DNA of 64,000 nucleotides, taken from the NCBI RefSeq assembly GCF_009914755.1, contig NC_060934.1; one strand, written 5' to 3'. Shown here one piece after another: positions 43,844 to 64,000 of the stretch; within the stretch, counting starts at the first letter, position 1; the number at the start of each line of letters is the position of its first letter. Both the position numbers and the translations under genes were made by a program. This DNA is from the human T2T-CHM13v2.0 reference genome, Homo sapiens. Under the pieces are notes generated by a model. It searched no databases, had not been told where the DNA came from, and was given only the letters and a program-made list of their open reading frames with translations.

Positions 43844-45354
43844 TGAGAGGTGACAGCGTGCTGGCAGCCCTCGCTTGCTCTCGGCGCCTCCTCGGCCTTG
43901 GCGCCCACTCTGGCCGTGCTTGAGGAGCCCTTCAGCCTGCCGCTGCACTATGGGAGCCCCTCTCTGGGCTGGCTGAGGTCAGAGCCGGCTCCCTCTGCTT
44001 GCAGTGAGGTGTGGAGGGAGAGTGGGAGGGAACCGGGGCCAGCACAAGTTCTGAGTGGGCGTGGGCTCGGTGGCCCCGCACTCTGAGTGGCCGGCTGGTG
44101 CCACCGGCCCTGGGCAGTGAGGGGCTTAGCACCCGGGCCAGCAGCTGCAGAGGGTGTACCGGGTCCCCTAGTGGTGCCGGCCCGCGGGTGCTGTGCTCGA
44201 ATTCTCGCCAGGCCTTAGCTGTCTCCCCGCGGGGCAGGGCTCGGGACCTGCAGCCTGCCATGCCCGAGCCTTACCCCGCGGCCGTGGGCTCCTGGGCAGC
44301 CCAAGCCTCCCTGATGAGCACTGCCCCCTGCTCTGCGGCACCTGGTGCCATAGACCGCCCAAGGGCTGAGGGGTACAGGCCCATGGCGCGGGACTGGCAG
44401 GCAGCTCTGACAGCGGCACCCGTACAGGATCCACTAGGTGAAGCCAGGTGGGCTCCTGAGTCTAGTGAAGACTTGGAGAAACTTTATGTCTAGTTAAGGG
44501 ATTGTAGATACACCAATCAGCACTCTGTGTCTAGCTCAAGGTTTGTAAATGCACCAATCAGCACTCTATCTAGCTAATCTGGTAGGGACTTCGAGAACCT
44601 TTATGTCTAGCTAAGGGATTGTAAATACACCAATCAGCACCCTGTGTCTAGCTCAAGGTTTGTAAACACACCAATCAGCACCCTGTGTCTAGCTCAAGGT
44701 TTGTAAATGCACCAATCACTGCTCTGTGTCTAGCTAATCTAGTGGGGACTGGGAGAACCTTTATGTCTAGCTAAGGGATTGTAAATACACCAATCAGCAC
44801 CCTGCATCTAGCTCAAGGTTTGTAAATGCACCAATCAGTGCTCTGTGTCTAGTTAATCTAGTGGGGACTTGGTGAACTTTTGTGTCTAGCTCAGGGATTG
44901 TAAATGCACCAATCAGCACCCTGTCAAAACGGACCAATCAGCTCTCTGTAAAACAGACCTATCAGTTCTTTGTAAAATGGACCAATCAGCAGGATGTGGG
45001 TGGGGCCAGATAAGGGAATAAAAGCAGGCTGCTGGACCCAGCAGTGGCAACCCGCTTGGATTTCCTTGTTGGAAGGTTTGTTTTTTCGCTGTTTGCAATA
45101 AATCTTGTTGTGTTCGGTCTTTGGGTCCGCACTGTTTTTATGAGCTGTTAAGGCTCACAGGGAAGGTTTGCAGCTTCACTCCTGAGCCAGCGAAACCACG
45201 AGCCCACCAGAAGGAAGAAACTCTAGATGTCTCCAAACATCAGAAGGAAAAAACTCTGGACACGCTGCCTTTAAGAACTGTAACACTTACCGCGAGGGTC
45301 TATGGCTTCATTCTTGAAGTCAGTGAGACAGAGAACTCACCAATTCTGGACACA
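43844..45354 (+). mobile_element. Solo LTR12-family (ERV9) LTR, 1511 bp, inserted in an old L1M fragment
   Basis: Start TGAGAGGTGACAGCGTGCTGGCAG, tandem CACCAATCAGCAC units, end CCAATTCTGGACACA; 4-bp TSD ATTT (43840-43843, 45355-45358). Confidence 0.93.
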
Positions 45355-46450
45355 ATTTCATGAATTTAAATATGCATACAGCCAATGAGCCAGCAATCTC
45401 ATGTCCCCAGAGGAACATAAACAAGCAGATTCATCAGAGGATTATACGTGGAGACAACCTAGGGGGACATCACTACAGAAACGTGGAAGCAAAATGTAAA
45501 CGCATACTTTGCTGTACTGTGCAGCAGTCAGCCACAGTGAACTAAAAGTGCTTAGACCCCCACAACAAGCTTAAAAACAGGTGTCACATAAAAAAGAAAT
45601 ACAATAAGATCTAGGGTATAACACCATTTATGTAGACTAAAGTCACACCTACCCATAAAAGAGCACTGTATATCTTTCAGTAATGTCTATATACCCAAGG
45701 ACATGCATTAAACACATTATAGTGAGTCTCTTATGGGATAAGGAGAAGGATGAATAGACAGGGCATGAATGGGGTAAAAAAATAAAAGAGGATACTTCTT
45801 TACCAGAGATGAAAAATGGTATACCTGAGCTGAAGATATTTCTCCAGCTCTCTCTACTGGAGGGAAGGAAAATTGCCCTTGAAAAGTTTCACACAGATGG
45901 TCAATATAAGGACATCAGGAGAGTCCCCTTAATGACTGGAATAGTTGGTGGCTATATAAAACTTGGGTAGCCATTTCAAAGGAAGGACCACAAAGATGCT
46001 TCAGGCAACTTAGGGGAATTTCAAGGTGGCACAGGAAATTATGTGGATGAGATAACAGGTAAAGGCTTAGGCTCCCAGAGGACAGGTCCGGGCATTGTGG
46101 GGCTGGAATTACAGTGGCAAGTACAGGGCAGACCCACACTGAAAGGAAGCAGAATGCAGTGGATCCTATCCAGTCCTAGGGGAAGTGTCCCATGATGGTC
46201 AAACCTCCTGACTAGAATGACCCCACCCGGAGAGGGGACTGGGAGCAGGGTTCGTTTGATCAAAGGAGTCTTTAGCGAGACTTGACACTGATGGGTCCCA
46301 AAAGCAGTATATGGAGAAACATGCCAGGAGAGCAAACATTTGGCCTGAAGGCAAGGAGATGGAAAAATGTAGGAAGGCACTCTGATGCATGTGGTGGGGA
46401 AAGAAAAGAAACAAAGAAACAGTTGAAATTTGTAAAAATGTGTGTGTCTA

Positions 46451-49612
<3,162 letters not shown>

Positions 49613-50593
49613 GTCTAGACAAGGAAGACTGGGGGACTGGGGGGAAGACTGAGGGGGAGAGAGCCTTCCAGACAAAGGGTAGGTCTGTGTGGAGGCCCTG
49701 AGGTGGGACAGAGTGTGCTGAGGCGGAGGAGTATTGGGACCAGTGTGCGGGGAGAGAATCTGGGAAGCCAGACTGAAGAGGAAGGCTGGGTCAGGCCAAG
49801 CTCAGCCCTGTAAGCTGCGGATTTAGTTTCCCCAACAGCGAACGAAGGGACCTGCACCTTTGGGACCAGCAATATTTAGAGGTGTTTTCTTTGTTCCATT
49901 TTATCACTGTGTGAACACTCCTTGATTTTCGATGAAAGCCTTTTTTGAGAAGAGTGTAACAACTCACATTAAGATGATCAGATTCGAAATGCACATCAAA
50001 TTTACTTTACGATGTTAACCAAATTCCCCAGATCCCTGTGCATCCCAGCATATTTCTTCTATTTTAGGACCTAAAGTATGAGAGAAATTTCCTGCTTCTG
50101 CAAAACTAGTTTGTTCTTGTAAAGCAAACTGTGCTTGCTCTGTTCAGCTTGCGTTCCTGGATGCTCCCTCTGGGGGTCCTGGATCCTGCCTTGTTCTGGC
50201 CAATGAAATGCAAGTCCTGGTGGGAGGCAGAGCGCTGGGCTGGGCAGCTGGTCTTTCCAGCCATGCTTCCCAGTTCTGTTTGCAGTGCTGCAGATGCTGC
50301 CAAACACAGGCCCCCCAGTCTGTGTCTCCTCTGGGCTCCCATAGCATCCTGGGGTAAACCTGTTATTGCAAGCCCCATAGTGTCATTTGATTTCTCCTAT
50401 TGATGCTCAATAAGTACTTATTTAATGGATATATTGTATTAGCACAGGGTTAGATGACATCTAAATTATAGTACATTATTCAGTGAAATACTAGGCAACC
50501 ATAAAAAGAACAATGTATATTGTTCTTTTGATATATATTTGATATATAATTATAATTGATAAATATTTGCAGATATAGAAAGATGCCCATGAG

Positions 50594-52579
<1,986 letters not shown>

Positions 52580-53538
52580 TAATTATCAGAGACAATAATG
52601 ATGGTTTAATTTTCCTTTTTGACTATTTCCATATTTCTTTTTATTTAATATTCACTCATGCTTCAATAAATGTTCATTGAGCATCTGCTATGTGCCTGAG
52701 ATGGTGCTTCTTCTTAAGCTCATAGTCTGGTGGGAAGACTCACAAGAAAATAATGTAGTTTGTGAGGATGTATAATACCAAATACTATGGGGTCATCCAT
52801 CTGCCAGGAGGGTCCAGGGATGACCAGGGAAGGCTTCACAGAGGAGGTGCTGCTTAAGCTGAGTTTTGAGGAATGAGGAGGAGTTTGCCAGTTGGACTGG
52901 GTGAGAAAGGGCATTGCAGAAAAAAGAGACCATCTTGCATAAAGTACCTTTTATAACAATACAGAGGAGTGAAAGAGGACATCCTTTTCATGAACATTCA
53001 GTTGGTCAATGAGGCAGAAGCACAGTGGACATGGGGGGAAGATGAGCTGAGAAACAGACACTCTAGAAACAGTAAGGAGCCTTTGAGAGACCTTGTATGG
53101 AATGGAGTGCAGGCATTGTTGCCCCATTTAAGAGTTGAGAAAACTGAGTCACAGGTTAAATGACTTGCCTAAGGTCATGTTAGGAGATGAGGCCAAGCTG
53201 GAATGTAACTTGAGGGTTTTTATGCTTCCAACCACAGTGCTGGGCCAGGCCCTGTCCTCAAGATCCCTCTGATGTTCTGGCTTGAACCACTTCAAAGCTG
53301 TTAGGAAAGAAGAAGAAGGCTTACGCCACTAGGCTCTGACCACACTGGCCACACACTTGGAGCACCCTTGTATCCAAAGCCACAAGAGAGCATTTTCTGA
53401 GAGTCTTTCCCAGAAAATGGCATGTACACATCCAACCTTGAAGTTGGTGGGTACCCTTCAGAAATGATGAAGGAGGTGGATTTCCACGGCATCCTGCCGT
53501 GCTGGGGAGCTGCTTCCCATCCTTGCTGCCAGGATTAA

Positions 53539-55750
<2,212 letters not shown>

Positions 55751-56059
55751 AGGGATCCTAATAGTACCTCTCTCATAGGGTGGTTTGAGAGTCAAATGAG
55801 ATAATGCACAAAAATCTCCTAGCCCAAGAGCCTGAAGCACCCTAAAAGTTCGGGAAACTGTATTCTTACTGTTGGCCCCTTACCTACCATCTCCTCCACC
55901 AGGAGCTGGCCCCTGAAGCCTCACCCCAAAAGAACGGTTTCTGCCCCCGGGTTATGTCAGGTCCTTAGGTGGAACTCTGAGTCCCACATCACTAAATGCT
56001 GACATGCCCGCAGAATCCAGGAGGCTCCAGTGACTAGAAAGAAGTTTCATCAAATTTGA

Positions 56060-56130
56060 ACAGGAAGCAGCAGTGGCAGCTGATAATCTGTGACCTGAAT
56101 ATAGCTATCCATTATCTCACTGTGGTTTCT
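56060..56130. promoter_or_regulatory. Haematopoietic-type motif cluster (ETS, E-box, 2x GATA, RUNX)
   Basis: ACAGGAAGC 56060, CAGCTG 56077, TGATAA 56081, TTATCT 56112, TGTGGTT 56121. Confidence 0.65.
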
Positions 56131-56934
56131 GGTTTCCCTGACAGAGAAAACGCCCACAACTTTCTTAAAGTTATTCTAAACACTCAGTTCCTTGTTTGGC
56201 TTTGGCAGGATAATGTTACCCCTGGGTGCCCCTGTGCTTTGGGCTGTGGCCTCCCTGCCAGCCTGAGGCTCCAGCTCTTCAGCCAATCTGTGGGGCAACC
56301 GTCCCTTCCACTCAGAGGGCAGTGACAGGAGCAGACCAGGAAAGAGGCCGCCAGTATCTGCAGCCATTGGAAGTGGGGGGGAAAAGCAAGAAACCTTAAA
56401 TACAGCATTCTTGTTCCTCTTCAAGAAACCAGCCAGGCAGGACTGACATGCCGGGAGTGAGCCACCAGCTGCTTCTCACCATCACTGGTTTCTAAATTAC
56501 GCTCCATTCCCAATTGCTTCTCTCTGGTTCTGTTCTCAGGAAAGCAAATCTGCCCTCCTAGTTCCTCCACCTCCAAATGAGGAGCTGAGCCCAGGCCCAG
56601 GACACAGGTTTGGCAGAAAAGCCGTTACCTCTTGTTATTGTAAAACCCAGAGTCCAAGAGGCTCCCAGACAATAGGCAAAGTAGGCAAAGTTTGTTTTTG
56701 CCTTCTCTTCCCCAGCCAAGCCCTGCTCACTGTTGTCTACCAAAGCTTTGATGACACCGTATCACTTATCACTACATCTTCTGAATTATTCATTCTGAAG
56801 AATTCAGGATTTCTTGTGTTCCCCCTCTCAGGAGTACTTATATGTTAAGAGAAACCTTGAGATAGTAATGCTTACTTAGAGGACCATGTCTCTGACACCT
56901 GTGTTTGGTAGGGAGGGGAGGGCTTTGGGCTCTC

Positions 56935-56953
56935 TCTGGCCCCCTGGTGGCCA
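56935..56953 (-). promoter_or_regulatory. Near-consensus CTCF motif
   Basis: TGGCCACCAGGGGGCCAGA on the - strand, versus consensus TGGCCACCAGGGGGCGCTA. Confidence 0.75.
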
Positions 56954-57011
56954 CCACTTCTCTGTTAGTGCTCCAGATGGAGATATGCGGATGACATGGC
57001 ATGACTTTTAA

Positions 57012-59071
<2,060 letters not shown>

Positions 59072-59642
59072 TAGAGTAAGATGTTTCTTGTGGGGTTTTG
59101 GTGTTATGCAATGTGGGAACTGGTTAAGCAGTTTGTATACAACAGTTGCTTCTGTTTCTGGTGCTGGGACTGAAGTCAGAAATAACAGGTAGACATGAAG
59201 TATGGGACAGTAAGGACCAGTGGGAGTCCAAAAGAACCAGAGGGCACCCACAGGATGAAATAGAGCCTGTATCAATGTCTCACTGCCTCTAAAACTTCCT
59301 ACTTCAATTATGTGGGCGACCTGCAGGAATTGCTGAACCTTCATCATAAAGCTGAACACAGACCTGACTCAGGGACTGAAAATGCTGAAGGAAGATCTGT
59401 CATGGGAGCTGAAGGAGATGTAGGCTCAAGTCTATCCCATGGCCACAGGGTGAGCTAGCAGATCTGAGATACCATAAGTTAGAACGGCACCTGCCTCTAC
59501 ACTGACCTTCTGAGCATAAGCATGTTTGCTTCACCTCTGCCCTCCAATCTTGTGCAAATTTTCTGTGGCCAACCCTAGCCCAGAACCATACAGAGAAAGA
59601 AATTCTGAAAAACATAGTTTCAGTTTAGCTAAACTGACATAG

Positions 59643-59927
<285 letters not shown>

Positions 59928-59989
59928 TGATTCACCCACCTCAGCATGTATTATTTTCATAACCAGGAGAAAGAACACCCTTTAAAACA

Positions 59990-61090
59990 TCTCAAAATAC
60001 CCAAATGGCTAATAAACATACAAAAAGACACCAATTCATTAATTGGCAAGAAAATGCAAGTTAAAATACAATAAGATATCCTTGTACATTCACCAGAATG
60101 GCTAAAATGAAAAAGACAGACAACACAGTATTGGTGAGGACATAGAGCAACTGGAACTTTCACATGTGGCTAGTGAGAATGTAAATTGCCAGTTTAGAAA
60201 ACCATTTGACAACTATCAAAGTGGAACATATGCAAAAGGTGTGATAAGCAATTACGTTTCTAAAAAAATGCATGTTCATATACATAAAAACATCTATACG
60301 AATGTTTGGCTGGGTGTGGTGGCTCACGCCTGTAATCCAAGCACTTTGGGAGGCCGAGGCGGGTGGATCACGAGGTCAGGAGATCGAGACCATCCTGGCT
60401 AACATGGTGAAACCCTGTCTCTACTAAAAATACAAAAAATTAGCCAGGCGTGGTTGCAGACGCCTGTAGTCCCAGCTACTCAGGAGGCTGAGGCGAGAGA
60501 ATGGCGTGAACCCAGGAGGCAGGGCTTGCAGTGAGCCGAGCCGAGATCGCGCCACTGCACTCCAGCCTGGGCGACAGAGCGGGATTCTGTCACCAAAAAA
60601 AACACGAAAAAACAATGTTCATAGTGGCACTATATGTAAAAGCTAAGAACAGAAACAATTCAAATGTCCACCAACAATAGAATGGATAAATAAATCATGG
60701 TGAATTCATACAATGGAGTGCTACACAGCAACGGGAATAAATAATGTATCACTAAGCACAACCACATGGATGACTATCACAACCATAATATTACATGGAA
60801 GATATCAGACACAGAAGAGCATATACTGATGGTTCCATTTATGTCAAGTTCAAAAATAGGTAAAATTAATCTATGCTGTTCACCCATGGATAAGAATTAC
60901 CCTTGGGAGATTAGTGACTAGAAGGTGTCAAGAGGGGGCTTTTGGGGTGCTCGCGATGTTCTGTTCCTTCCTTTAGGTATTAGTCACTCGGGAGTGTTTT
61001 GCCTTTTGCAAATTTATAGATATTTATGTAATTTGTATATGGTTTGTGCACTTTTCTGTATATATGTTATACCAACAAAAAGTTAATTAA
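59990..61090 (+). mobile_element. L1M (L1ME-like) fragment interrupted by an AluY (~60308-60605)
   Basis: L1 3' motifs (GAAAATGCAAGTTAAAATACAATAAGATATC, AGAATGGATAAATAAATCATGG); AluY diagnostics. Confidence 0.8.
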
Positions 61091-61265
61091 AAGAAAAAAT
61101 TAGTAGTCCCTGGTTCTGGTAACTAACAATAACTACTCATTATACCACAAGTTGAGGGGATCAAATACAAAAATGTGTATTACAGTGTTTGGAGAAACAA
61201 CTGGGGAATACATAGATGTAGGGACAAGGAAAGAGAATAGAATGTTGAACCTGGTTTGGTATTGA

Positions 61266-63947
<2,682 letters not shown>

Positions 63948-64000
63948 TCAGCTTTGCATGTACTAGCTGTGTGGTCTTGGGCAACTTACTTCACTTGTAT

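Noticed and set aside
44011-44493. 160-aa ORF and a CpG-rich stretch
   Set aside because: GC-rich U3 region of LTR12, non-coding.
44490-44990. Regularly spaced repeats resembling a CRISPR-like array
   Set aside because: These are the internal CCAAT tandem repeats of LTR12; the spacers are not unique and the DNA is human.

Overview
Human genomic DNA at the urokinase (PLAU) locus, chr10q22. From recall it lies between CAMK2G and VCL; no exons of either were recognised in the window. The only well-supported protein-coding gene is PLAU on the + strand: 11 exons from ~10521 to ~16885, CDS 10947-15956, splicing to exactly 1296 nt = 431 aa + stop, with all introns GT-AG. Also present are its GC-box/TATA promoter, the known -2 kb ETS/AP-1/NF-kB enhancer and an AU-rich 3'UTR. 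An alternative signal-peptide-less first coding exon sits in intron 2, and the antisense C10orf55 ORF (151 aa, spliced) overlaps the 5' part of PLAU. This haplotype encodes Leu141 (common variant) and Tyr149, where the canonical protein has His. The rest is intergenic and very Alu-rich, with solo LTR13, LTR12 and MER4-family LTRs, MLT1, MER5, MER20, L1M, L2 and MIR remnants. I found no convincing new gene or novel system. The most interesting unexplained structure is regulatory: (1) an ETS/AP-1/NF-E2 composite at ~31.9 kb; (2) a divergent CTCF-like pair at ~40.2/41.65 kb; (3) a GATA/E-box/ETS/RUNX cluster plus a near-perfect CTCF motif at ~56-57 kb. Items 2 and 3 fit the boundary-plus-megakaryocyte-enhancer layout implicated in Quebec platelet disorder. 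Repeat subfamily names and literature matches are from recall, not database searches, and most repeat boundaries are approximate.
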